A stretch of 64,000 nt of DNA from an uncultured Gammaproteobacteria bacterium (GTDB lineage Bacteria > Patescibacteriota > Patescibacteriia > SBBC01 > CAIJZX01): positions 6,586 through 70,585 of the forward strand of contig CAYNGY010000001.1 of assembly GCA_964397195.1 (NCBI GenBank), written 5' to 3'. Shown here piece by piece: positions 20,160 through 28,702 of this stretch. The position numbers and the translations under genes are program-made. The notes below the pieces were generated by a model that made no database searches, was not told the DNA's origin, and saw only the letters and a list, made by a program, of their open reading frames with translations. The first letter of the stretch is position 1; every line of letters starts with the position of its first letter.

Positions 20160-21371
20160 ATGACGAATCCTGCACCAGTGGTGACGTCTGAAATGGATCG
20201 ACTCCTCGCCGATCAAAGTGCCCCGGCTGTGCCGAAAGTGGGCGATATTGTCGATGGAACAGTATTATCCGTTTCAAAAAACGAAGTTCTCCTCGATCTC
20301 GGTGGCACCCATACCGGGCTTGTTCGTGGCCGTGAACTCCTCGATGAATCCGGCGAATATACTAATTTGAAAATCAGCGACCTAGCCGCCGCTACCGTTT
20401 TAGAGCTGGAAAACGAACGCGGGCTAATGGAACTCTCGTTCCGCTCGGCCGGTCACCAAAAAGCCTGGGAAGAGCTGACCCGTCTCTATCAAACCGGCGA
20501 AGTCATCGATGTCGTTATTACCGATGCGAACCGCGGTGGTTTGATGGCCAAAGTCGGCCGGATCGATGGTTTCTTACCAGTCTCGCAACTGACCCCGGAG
20601 CACTATCCTCGCGTTGAGGGTGGCGACAAATCACGAATTCTTGAACTGTTGCAGAAATTCACCGGTCAGACCTTCCGCGTCAAGGTGATTGATGTCAACG
20701 AAGTTGAAAGTAAATTAATTGTCTCAGAGAAATCGGCGTGGGCAAAAGAACAGGCCTCGCTCGTCTCTGGGTTCAAGGTTGGCGACGTGATTGAGGGAAA
20801 AGTAACCGGAGTGGTGGATTTCGGCGCTTTCGTCGAATTTGGTCCGCACCTCGAAGGACTTATTCACATTTCCGAATTGGCTTGGCAGCGCGTTGATAAC
20901 CTACGCGACATGGTCAAAGTTGGTGAAATGATCAAAGCCATGATCATTGGCATCGAGGGTACCAAGATTTCCCTGTCATTAAAGCGACTGTCCGACGATC
21001 CGTGGATTAAAGCGGTTGAGCGCTACACCGTTGGCCAGGTGGTCACGGGCAAAGTTCTCAAGTTGAATCCATTCGGCGCCTTCGTCGAGTTGGACACCGA
21101 GATTCATGGTCTCGCCCATATCTCCGAACTATCCTCGAAGCCGATTAAGTCGGCGGCCGAGGTTTTGAAGGACGGCGAGACGCGTTCATTCAAGATTATC
21201 TCGATTGACCCGGCGCAGCACCGACTCGGTCTGTCGATCAAACAGCTCGAGGATGGCGCGCCAGCTACGGCTGAGGGCGAACGGATCTCTGACCCGGCGC
21301 TCGCGGGTATTAGCCTCGATGAAGAAGAGGCTGGTGCAGCCGCGCCAACCGAACCAGTGGTCAAGGAATAA
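20160..21371 (+). CDS. rpsA: 30S ribosomal protein S1 (four S1 domains)
   Basis: Repeated S1 OB-fold modules (GDIVDGTV..., GEVIDVVI..., GDVIEGKVTGVVDFGAFVEF, GQVVTGKVLKLNPFGAFVEL). Confidence 0.8.
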   Translation: MTNPAPVVTSEMDRLLADQSAPAVPKVGDIVDGTVLSVSKNEVLLDLGGTHTGLVRGRELLDESGEYTNLKISDLAAATVLELENERGLMELSFRSAGHQKAWEELTRLYQTGEVIDVVITDANRGGLMAKVGRIDGFLPVSQLTPEHYPRVEGGDKSRILELLQKFTGQTFRVKVIDVNEVESKLIVSEKSAWAKEQASLVSGFKVGDVIEGKVTGVVDFGAFVEFGPHLEGLIHISELAWQRVDNLRDMVKVGEMIKAMIIGIEGTKISLSLKRLSDDPWIKAVERYTVGQVVTGKVLKLNPFGAFVELDTEIHGLAHISELSSKPIKSAAEVLKDGETRSFKIISIDPAQHRLGLSIKQLEDGAPATAEGERISDPALAGISLDEEEAGAAAPTEPVVKE

Positions 21372-21382
21372 CCCGATCGTCC

Positions 21383-23746
21383 ATGATCAACATCCACGCT
21401 CTACGACTCCGTCGTGGGGCGTGGTTTGTGTTCCCGGTTATCATCCTGATTGCGCTTGGTGCGCCGTGGGTTCGTGGTCGGGTGCTCGTACCGGCCGATA
21501 TTCTCGGCACGATTGATACGACGCATCTTGAGCGACCAATGGCCAATCCGCTGTTATCGGATGTGGTGACGCAGTTTTATCCATGGCAACAATTTCTTTT
21601 TGATCGCCTTGAAGCCGGTGAATGGCCGCTGTGGAACCCATACATCCTCGCCGGCACGCCGTTCATGGCCAATGATCAGTCGGCGATCTTCGACCCGATC
21701 CGACTTTTCACCTATGTCATGGGCATCTCCGCCGCGAATGGGATGTGGGTGATTGCGGCTATCCGACTTCTACTGATAGGTCTATTCACGTGGCTCTGGA
21801 TTCGCGGCCGCGGGGTGAGTTCAGGTGTGGCGCTCACGGCGGGAGCGGTAGCCATGACGGCCAGCTCGAGCGTAGCCTGGGTGGCGTACCCGTTGTTCGC
21901 CGCGGTTGTCTGGCTCCCGTTGATGCTCTACGCCGTCGAACGGGTTGGTCAAAACCCGCGGCGCGCATGGACCGTGCTGACCGTCGCCATCGCCGCCCAG
22001 AGTATCAGCGGGAATATTCAAATATCAGCTTTTTCCTTGGCGGTTATCTTAGCCTGGACACTTGTCCAACAGGTGAAGAGTCGGAAGGGGCAACTAACGC
22101 TGGTGATGACGAGTATCCTTATCGGAGTGGCGATAGCCGCTATCCAACTTCTGCCGACGGCCAGCTTTATTCAGCAAAGTGTCCAACATGACACCGGGCG
22201 TCATGGCTACGCCTCGACCTCAATTTGGCAGGCGATCCGTGGCGGAAAATGGTTCGGATGGAAGTCTGTTGGCGATGCCCAACAAAACGTCGCCACACTT
22301 CTTCCGGTGGTTGTTCCTAACGCTTTCGGCAACCCGGCCCACGGTGCGTATCGTTTCATCGGGAACAACCTGAGTAATAACGCCAACGAACTGGCTGGAT
22401 CGATTGGAATTGTTGGCCTCTTGTTTGCGGTCATTGGTGCGTGGGTGTTTCGACGTGAGCGGGCCGTTCGGGCTATTCTTGCCGGACTCACGGTGAGCAT
22501 CGGGATGATTATCCATGCGCCCATTTTTGAATTACTGAACTATCTCCCTTTTATTAATCAGACGAATACCGGTCGCCTACGCTTTGTAGTGGTCTTTGGC
22601 CTGATCGCGCTCGCCGCCTATGGATACCGCGCGTGGCAGGAGAAAAAAATTTCGCGTCGCGTTTGGACGAGCCTGGCGGTCGCCCTCTGGGCCATATCGA
22701 TCGCCGTTCTCTGGTTTGCTCCGCGCACGCCATGGCGAATCGTCGACTTGATCACTGTGACCGTCGCGCTCGGTGGAGCCATTGGTCTCCAATTCTGGCG
22801 AATCAATCAGCGCTGGTCAGAAAGTATTATTGGTGTCTTGGTCATTTTCCCATTACTCATCACTATGTGGGGCTACAACAGCTCGTCACCACGCGCCGAA
22901 TTGGTCATTGATCAAAAAGTACTGACAACCTTACAGACGACACTCGGCCACAGCTATCGTCTCGCGGCCATCAGTCATCAGCAGAGTGTTCCGGTTGTCC
23001 CGAATACCGGCATGCGCAACGAGCTGTACGATGTTCGCGGGTATGAGGTAGTCCGCTTGTCATCGTTTGACCTCATTGCTCGCGATGTTTTTGCCGAGCC
23101 GAAATCAAATCTCCGCACCATTAGCGGGTATTCGGCCGCGCTCGATCTTCTCGCGGTCAAGGTTGTACTCGTTCCAACCGACGATCTAGCGTGGGTAGCC
23201 GATGATTTTATTGAACATGGATGGGTCCTGAGCGAACTGACCGAACAAGTGACAATGTTTACCAATCCAAATGTTCGCTCACGCGCCTATGTTGCCGGCA
23301 CCGTGAAAACGGTCTCCCCGGAAGCGCCGGCAGCCTCGACCCTACAATCAGCGCTCGGCGATCTTGGTACGACCTATATTGCGACGTCTGCGACCGCGAT
23401 CCCAACCCGCCGTCTCATCGCTGATGCGGTGGTGGCGGAAGAAACGGCAAATACCGTGACCATCACCACCTCAATGCCGGCCGATGGGTACCTCGTTTTA
23501 GCGGACACGTATGCGCCCGGTTGGCGGGCATTCGTTGATGGTCAACCAAGCGACGTGTTGAAGGCGAACGGATGGTCACGCGCGGTTGCCGTTCCGGCCG
23601 GTACACACGAAGTTCGATTTGTGTACAAACCAACCGCCGTGATTGTCGGCCTCTGGATGTCACTGCTCGGACTTGTTATAGGCTTTGTAGTCTGGCTGGG
23701 CTGGTCTCGCATGAAGTATCCCCTGTCACCGCGCGAGCCCAATTGA
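21383..23746 (+). CDS. YfhO family membrane protein (glycosyltransferase-like)
   Basis: FYPWQQF...WNPYILAGTPFMAN signature and more than 12 TM helices; 787 aa. Confidence 0.75.
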   Translation: MINIHALRLRRGAWFVFPVIILIALGAPWVRGRVLVPADILGTIDTTHLERPMANPLLSDVVTQFYPWQQFLFDRLEAGEWPLWNPYILAGTPFMANDQSAIFDPIRLFTYVMGISAANGMWVIAAIRLLLIGLFTWLWIRGRGVSSGVALTAGAVAMTASSSVAWVAYPLFAAVVWLPLMLYAVERVGQNPRRAWTVLTVAIAAQSISGNIQISAFSLAVILAWTLVQQVKSRKGQLTLVMTSILIGVAIAAIQLLPTASFIQQSVQHDTGRHGYASTSIWQAIRGGKWFGWKSVGDAQQNVATLLPVVVPNAFGNPAHGAYRFIGNNLSNNANELAGSIGIVGLLFAVIGAWVFRRERAVRAILAGLTVSIGMIIHAPIFELLNYLPFINQTNTGRLRFVVVFGLIALAAYGYRAWQEKKISRRVWTSLAVALWAISIAVLWFAPRTPWRIVDLITVTVALGGAIGLQFWRINQRWSESIIGVLVIFPLLITMWGYNSSSPRAELVIDQKVLTTLQTTLGHSYRLAAISHQQSVPVVPNTGMRNELYDVRGYEVVRLSSFDLIARDVFAEPKSNLRTISGYSAALDLLAVKVVLVPTDDLAWVADDFIEHGWVLSELTEQVTMFTNPNVRSRAYVAGTVKTVSPEAPAASTLQSALGDLGTTYIATSATAIPTRRLIADAVVAEETANTVTITTSMPADGYLVLADTYAPGWRAFVDGQPSDVLKANGWSRAVAVPAGTHEVRFVYKPTAVIVGLWMSLLGLVIGFVVWLGWSRMKYPLSPREPN

Positions 23747-23778
23747 TTTTCCGGTCCGGCGTGCTACACTAGCCGCCT

Positions 23779-24444
23779 ATGGCCATCATTGAACTCACGG
23801 ATATCATTAAGTCATTCCCCGTCGGCGATGGCCAATTTCAGGCGCTCAAGAACGTCAGCCTCAACGTCAACGCCGGTGAATTTGTGGCTATCATGGGTCC
23901 CTCTGGTTCGGGAAAATCAACGCTCATGAACATTATCGGACTCCTCGACCGTCCGACCGCCGGGTCCTATCAGCTAGATGGCCAGTCGGTATCGCTGACT
24001 ATGTCCGACCGAGCTCAAGCCACTCTGCGCAGTCAATTCATCGGGTTTATTTTTCAAAACTTTAACCTGCTCGCGAATCTCTCAGTAGTTGATAATGTCG
24101 CGTTGCCGGCCGCCTATCTCGCTAAATCACAAAAACCGCGCGAGAAGGCGAAGAAATTATTAGAACGTGTTGGCCTCGGTGAGCGAATCCAATATCAGCC
24201 GAGCAAGCTTTCTGGTGGAGAGCGTCAGCGGGTGGCCATCGCACGTGCCCTGATGAACGATCCGAAAGTCATTTTGGCTGATGAACCGACCGGGAACCTT
24301 GATTCGAAATCTGGTGAGGATGTGATGAACATTCTCCTCGACCTGAACAAGTCCGGAACGACACTCCTCATGGTGACGCACAATGAAGAGCTGGCCAAGC
24401 TCGCCAACCGAACAATTCGGCTTAAGGACGGAGAAATTCTATGA
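23779..24444 (+). CDS. ABC transporter ATP-binding protein (MacB/LolD/FtsE-like)
   Basis: Walker A GPSGSGKST, signature LSGGERQR, Walker B ILADEPTGNLD. Confidence 0.9.
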   Translation: MAIIELTDIIKSFPVGDGQFQALKNVSLNVNAGEFVAIMGPSGSGKSTLMNIIGLLDRPTAGSYQLDGQSVSLTMSDRAQATLRSQFIGFIFQNFNLLANLSVVDNVALPAAYLAKSQKPREKAKKLLERVGLGERIQYQPSKLSGGERQRVAIARALMNDPKVILADEPTGNLDSKSGEDVMNILLDLNKSGTTLLMVTHNEELAKLANRTIRLKDGEIL

Positions 24445-25664
24445 TGCTGCAAGCCGCCCAAAACGCCTTTCGATCAATCTGGACGAAAAAAACCCGCTCG
24501 TTCCTGACCATGCTCGGCGTCATCATCGGCGTTGCCCAGATTATCGCTCTCATCGGATTAGGTCAGGGTGTCAAACAATCCGTGTCGGATGAAGTCACAC
24601 AGTTAGGAACGAATGTGCTGTTTGTCTTGCCCGGAAAGCTACAGGACGCCAATGGAGGTTTTAATCCTAGTGCGTCAGTTGGTGCCTCGACGCTCACCGA
24701 AGATGACTTGGCGCTCTTAAAAACGCGCCCGGAAATTACGACCATTACGCCAATCGCCTTATTGGCCGGTACACCCGCGGTTGGTGAAACGGCGGCGCTA
24801 GGAACGATGACGGTCGCGGTTGAGCCCGATTACTTTGCGGTCATGACCACGGCCGAGTTAGTCGCCGGGCGTCTCTTCACCGCCGCGGAAAATACCGCTA
24901 AGGATCGAGTCATCCTGCTCGGAAAACAACCGAAGACGGCATTGTTCCCAACGTCCACGAATGCCGAGGTTATCGGTAAAACGGTCACCATCGGCAAGGT
25001 GGCATTTACCGTTATCGGCGTGCTCGAAACGCCGCAATCAACGTCAGCCTTCGGTGGCAATTCTTTCGACAACATGGTCTTTATGCCGTACCTGACCGGG
25101 AAAGATGTAAATGAGAATACGCAAATCTTCCGGATGGTCATGAAGATAGATCCGAGTCTGAATGCGAAAGATGAGGCGAATACCATCACGGCACTGTTGA
25201 AAGCGCAACATGGGGCCGACGACTTTACGGTTTTTACTCAAGACGATCTGCTCAGCGTTGTCGACGATATTCTCGGATTAATTACCACCGCGATTGTCGG
25301 CCTCGCCTCGATCTCCCTGATCGTCGGCGGGATCGGAATTATGAACATCATGCTCGTGGCCGTCTCCGAGCGAACGAAAGAAATTGGCCTTCGGAAAGCC
25401 CTCGGCGCAACGCGGGCAAACATCCTCCTCCAATTTATTACTGAGTCGGCGTTCATTTCCTTGATTGGTGGGGCAATTGGTGTTGGTATTGTGGCGGCGA
25501 TCGGACCGATTGTTGAAGCGAAATCAGGACTTCCAATCGTCATCAACCTCCAGTCAGTGCTGATGGCCACGAGCTTCTCACTCGGCGTCGGTGTCCTGTT
25601 CGGACTTCTACCGGCCATCCGCGCCGCCCGTAAAGATCCGATCGAGGCGCTGCGCTACGAATAA
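24441..25664 (+). CDS. ABC transporter permease, FtsX/MacB type
   Basis: N-terminal TM, large periplasmic domain, C-terminal FtsX-like 3-TM bundle. Overlaps the ATPase gene by 4 nt. Confidence 0.8.
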   Translation: MMLQAAQNAFRSIWTKKTRSFLTMLGVIIGVAQIIALIGLGQGVKQSVSDEVTQLGTNVLFVLPGKLQDANGGFNPSASVGASTLTEDDLALLKTRPEITTITPIALLAGTPAVGETAALGTMTVAVEPDYFAVMTTAELVAGRLFTAAENTAKDRVILLGKQPKTALFPTSTNAEVIGKTVTIGKVAFTVIGVLETPQSTSAFGGNSFDNMVFMPYLTGKDVNENTQIFRMVMKIDPSLNAKDEANTITALLKAQHGADDFTVFTQDDLLSVVDDILGLITTAIVGLASISLIVGGIGIMNIMLVAVSERTKEIGLRKALGATRANILLQFITESAFISLIGGAIGVGIVAAIGPIVEAKSGLPIVINLQSVLMATSFSLGVGVLFGLLPAIRAARKDPIEALRYE

Positions 25665-25667
25665 TCA

Positions 25668-25704
25668 ACAATAAAATTCACCCCAACGGTTTCCCGTCGG
25701 GGTG
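25668..25704 (-). terminator. Intrinsic terminator of the RT gene
   Basis: On the minus strand, accccgacgg-GAAA-ccgttggggt 10-bp stem followed by gaattttattgtt. Confidence 0.6.
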
Positions 25705-25726
25705 GGTAGTGTCGTTGCGACACTGG

Positions 25727-26749
25727 CTAGCGCCGCTGGACGTGGGTGCGGTAGCTCGCATAGAGCTCGAGGAGCTTCTTTTCCGTAGCATTCTGGCCGA
25801 CATGACCGACTCCATGGATATAGGGCAGTGTTCCGAGGAACACGCCCATCTTGCCATGGACGACTTCCGGGCGAATGTTCGGGTCGCGCTGTGCGGCATG
25901 CAGCAGTCCGCGCAGTTTCCGAACGTACCAACGTGGTAGGAAGACGCGGCCGTGACGATCGAGGGAGATGCCGTTGATCGTAATCGGTCCGCGGTAGAGG
26001 TCGACGACCTGCGCCTTGCGGTGACTGATCTGGAACCCCGCCGTGGCGATGGTCGCGCGTATCTCGCGCCGGACTTGGTCCGTAATTCGTGCATGTCTCG
26101 AGGAGAACGTCAGGTCGTCGAGGTAGCGCGTGTACGTCAGCTCATGCTGCGTGCAGATCGTCGCCAGCTGGCGATCGAGGACCGTGGCCGCGTAGATGTT
26201 GAACAGGTCGGGCGACGACGGACTTCCCTGGACGAGCCCACGTGATCCGCGCCGGATCGGTGTGGGCGGCGCGATGGCCAGCGTTTGCTGTCGCGCGTGG
26301 CCGATCCGATAGCTCGAACCGGACACGAAGCAGTACTTCTTGAGAAACGCGTGCACGGTCTCGACGGTATCCGGTTTCGGATCGAGGCCACACAGCACGA
26401 AGGCCAAGAGTTCGTCGTCGACGTGTCCATAGGCATCGACGATGTCGAGTAGGTAGAAGTGGCGGTTGGCAAGGTAGATACCGCGCCCCTTCTGTCGCGC
26501 CGGGTACCGATGCCGCCGGACGTTATTGAGCGGCGAGCCATTCGGCCGCGCGCCAACCGCATGCGGCATCTCGACCGGCAGGGCGCGCAGTGCGCGGACA
26601 AACCGCTGGTGCAGTAGCAACATGGCCGGGTTCGGCGCCCCAATCTGGCGGTACTTCGTCGTTCCCGTCAGCGGGTTCGTGTCACGGTACCGGAAGCGCT
26701 GAAACAACGGCACTCCCGGCAGGTCGGCTAGGAATTGGTCAAAGTGCAT
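25727..26749 (-). CDS. Reverse transcriptase, retron-type (about 340 aa). The ORF track extends to 26938; the start with GGAGGA SD is at 26749.
   Basis: RT motif 1 YPARQKGRG, motif 2 YLLDIVDAYGHV, motif 4 LVQGSPSSPDLFNIYA, motif 5 RYLDDLTFSS (YxDD followed by LTFS as in retron RTs), thumb region ITINGISL. SD GGAGGA 6 nt before ATG 26749. Confidence 0.8.
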   Translation of the reverse strand: MHFDQFLADLPGVPLFQRFRYRDTNPLTGTTKYRQIGAPNPAMLLLHQRFVRALRALPVEMPHAVGARPNGSPLNNVRRHRYPARQKGRGIYLANRHFYLLDIVDAYGHVDDELLAFVLCGLDPKPDTVETVHAFLKKYCFVSGSSYRIGHARQQTLAIAPPTPIRRGSRGLVQGSPSSPDLFNIYAATVLDRQLATICTQHELTYTRYLDDLTFSSRHARITDQVRREIRATIATAGFQISHRKAQVVDLYRGPITINGISLDRHGRVFLPRWYVRKLRGLLHAAQRDPNIRPEVVHGKMGVFLGTLPYIHGVGHVGQNATEKKLLELYASYRTHVQRR

Positions 26750-26831
26750 GACGGTTCCTCCGATGTCAGGAGTTACGGGGTCGGGGAAACAGCGCCCCCA
26801 CCCTAGCAGAATGGAGAGAAAGCGCAAATCA

Positions 26832-26890
26832 TAAAAAAGACCCCAGATGTGATCCAGGGTTGCCCGTGATGGGCGGTACGAAGGTGCGGC
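26832..26890 (-). repeat. Module-terminal hairpin element, copy 1 (degenerate)
   Basis: aaaaagaccccagatgtgatccagggttgcccgtgatgggcgg is about 90% identical to copy 2 over 45 nt, but its stem is weakened. Confidence 0.5.
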
Positions 26891-27282
26891 AATCTCTGTC
26901 AGCGCTAGCCTGGGGGCGATCGCCTGAACAGACGCCAATGTTTCCGCTGAGGTTCGCGACGACCACCACGAGTCGTGTGGATACGACCGCAGGGAGGCGA
27001 ACCGGATCTAAACAGACCCAGATCAAGGAGTCGCCAGTTTGTAACGGGCAACGTCCTGCCCCGCAACGTGTGTCACGGGGGTTGTGTTCCATGGGTGGTG
27101 CTACATGCCTCATCGGACGTCTTGCCGATGTGCAGGATCACTCCCCCAGGCCTCTCCTTGTGGGCGCACCTCAAGAGGTAAAACACTCGATCAGAGCGTG
27201 ACAAGGAGCGCGAGGCCCAGCGACGGACCACGCCAGCAATGTATAGCCTTGCTCGGCCCTCGTCAATTCGGCGACCTGTGGG

Positions 27283-27345
27283 AAAAAAAGACCCCGGATG
27301 TGATCCAGGGGTGCCCGTGATGGGCGGGTGCAAATGTGGTGGCCG
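27283..27345 (-). repeat. Module-terminal hairpin element, copy 2
   Basis: aaaaaagaccccggatgtgatccaggggtgcccgtgatgggcgggtgcaaatgtgg. On the minus strand the hairpin is followed by tcttttttt. Confidence 0.5.
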
Positions 27346-27860
27346 CTGAAGTCAGCGGCGACATCCGGGGGTGTCCGCTCGGGAGACGACAGGCCGGTAC
27401 CGCTGAGGTCTGGCTGCGAATGTTGAGAAACGAGAACCAGGCGAATACCTGCGCGATCGGAGAAACCGACCAGGCCGGTACGCGCTCGCACCCACCAGGA
27501 ATCCCGTGCCGGAATCGAACACGCGAACGGACTCGCGTGTGACAACGGGCCCAGGACGGGCGTGGCTCGCGAATGCTCAACCGGATGCGACGCGCACACG
27601 AACTGCCGAAAAAATGCGCGTGCAGCCCCGACCGAGGAGAGGCCGGTCAGCAAACGAGACCGAAATGGGGTGGCTAGTACTGTCACCAACCCCGCATCAA
27701 CGACGTGCGTCATTGATGGTGTACTGCCCTCAGTGGTGCTTGAAGGTGCCCGAGTAACGTTCCCCCGGATATACCGCCCGATGCAGGCGCGGTGTCGCCA
27801 TGGGCCTATCGGCACTCTATCGGTTGCCCTCTGGCGTGTCAAACAAGATAGGAGTGGGCA

Positions 27861-27920
27861 ACCAAAAACAAAAAGACTCCCCGGCGGCGGTCCGTCGGGG
27901 GTACAAATGTGGCGCTCAGC
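27861..27920 (-). repeat. Module-terminal hairpin element, copy 3
   Basis: aaaaagactccccggcggcggtccgtcgggggtacaaatgtgg. Shares the gtRcaaatgtgg tail and the downstream agacgacRggcSggtac and ctgagg blocks with copy 2. Confidence 0.5.
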
Positions 27921-28180
27921 AGCGTTGCGGGTCCAGAGACGACGGCGGGGTACTTCAGCCCACCTCCTGAGGACTCGACGTACGAAAGAGAAAGGACGAC
28001 GAGCCCGAGATGGAATGGCTGTGACCAGCCACTCCGACGCGACAACGTGAGTTGTCGGCGTTGGGTGTTGCCTGTGCAGATCCTCAGCGGCTCCGGTGTC
28101 TTTCCCTGGACCCTCCCGCTCATCTGAGCGGTGCAACGCCGATTGGGCTACCCCGAGTCTACGGTCTCCTTCGGCGAGTG

Positions 28181-28208
28181 TCAAAAACACCCCGGATGGT
28201 CCGGGGTG
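28181..28208 (-). terminator. Intrinsic terminator of the 4-Cys membrane protein gene (same hairpin family)
   Basis: caccccgg-atggt-ccggggtg 8-bp stem followed by ttttt on the minus strand. Confidence 0.6.
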
Positions 28209-28223
28209 TTTCGTGAAGCGAGC

Positions 28224-28691
28224 TTAGACCGTCGGTGTTGAGGCCATCGGTGGCATGACCGCCGGTGTTTTTTTCCGCCACGTTTGAAACGTCGGGATCC
28301 ATGCGGCAATATAGAAGATCAGTCCATAAACGCAGGCCGGCATCGTTCCAGCGGCCAGTGCTTTCAAGACCACGATTTCATAGAACGCCAAGAACCCGGA
28401 GAACAAGACGCCGATGGTCGTGACGATAAGCGTCGCGAGGACGATGCGCTTCGCCTCGGTCTTGACCCAGGCGATCATGACGAGGATCATGGTCAACAGG
28501 AACATGAAAAAACCATAGATGCAGGTCGGTTGGCCGATGATGAGCACCTTTGTATTTCCAACGCCGCAAGACAAGAAAGCCTTCTTACAGCCTTCACCGA
28601 AATAATTCTGATAGCTCAGGTAGCCGGACATGAGGGTGCCGAGCATGGCGCTGACGAGGACCACGCGTTTGGCGGCGGACGAGAAGTTCAT
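28224..28691 (-). CDS. Four-TM membrane protein with four conserved Cys (VKOR/DsbB-like partner of DsbA?)
   Basis: Start MNFSSAAKR. Cys in GEGCKKAFLSCGVG, GQPTCIYG and MPACVYG across 4 TM helices. Two genes upstream of a DsbA-like gene. Family uncertain. Confidence 0.45.
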   Translation of the reverse strand: MNFSSAAKRVVLVSAMLGTLMSGYLSYQNYFGEGCKKAFLSCGVGNTKVLIIGQPTCIYGFFMFLLTMILVMIAWVKTEAKRIVLATLIVTTIGVLFSGFLAFYEIVVLKALAAGTMPACVYGLIFYIAAWIPTFQTWRKKTPAVMPPMASTPTV

Positions 28692-28702
28692 ACGGGTAAC
28701 GG

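Larger units (their letters stand above)
26750..28180 (-). ncRNA. Candidate RT-associated non-coding RNA region: three diverged tandem modules, each ending in a hairpin plus U-tract
   Basis: No credible ORF: the 339-aa ORF 27171..28190 is R/P/S-rich and contains terminator hairpins. Homologous elements are at 26832-26890, 27283-27345 and 27861-27920. Confidence 0.4.

Noticed and set aside
26832-27345. DGR template/variable repeat pair
   Set aside because: Differences between the repeat copies are not adenine-specific (a-to-g, t-to-g, c-to-g all occur). There is no target gene with a C-terminal VR. RT motif 4 is QG...SP rather than the DGR-typical SQ.
25665-27600. Group II intron interpretation of the RT locus
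   Set aside because: The hairpin after the ORF is a plain 10-bp GAAA-loop terminator, without the domain V AGC triad and 2-nt bulge. Only about 60 nt separate the ORF stop from the neighbouring gene. At 340 aa the RT lacks the X/En domains. The YLDDLTFS and ITINGISL motifs fit retron-type RTs better.
26750-28180. Known housekeeping ncRNA (tmRNA, RNase P RNA, SRP RNA) occupying the gap
   Set aside because: No tRNA-like 3' end with a T-loop plus acceptor. No GGAAAGUCCGG P4 motif. No SRP domain IV motif found on either strand.
27171-28190. 339-aa minus-strand ORF spanning the region upstream of the RT (a possible retron effector)
   Set aside because: Arg/Pro/Ser/His-rich composition is typical of GC-rich non-coding DNA. 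It contains two terminator-like hairpin plus U-tract elements internally. Overlapping junk ORFs in other frames translate the same repeats (PPITGNPGSHLGSFL and PPITGTPGSHPGSFFP).
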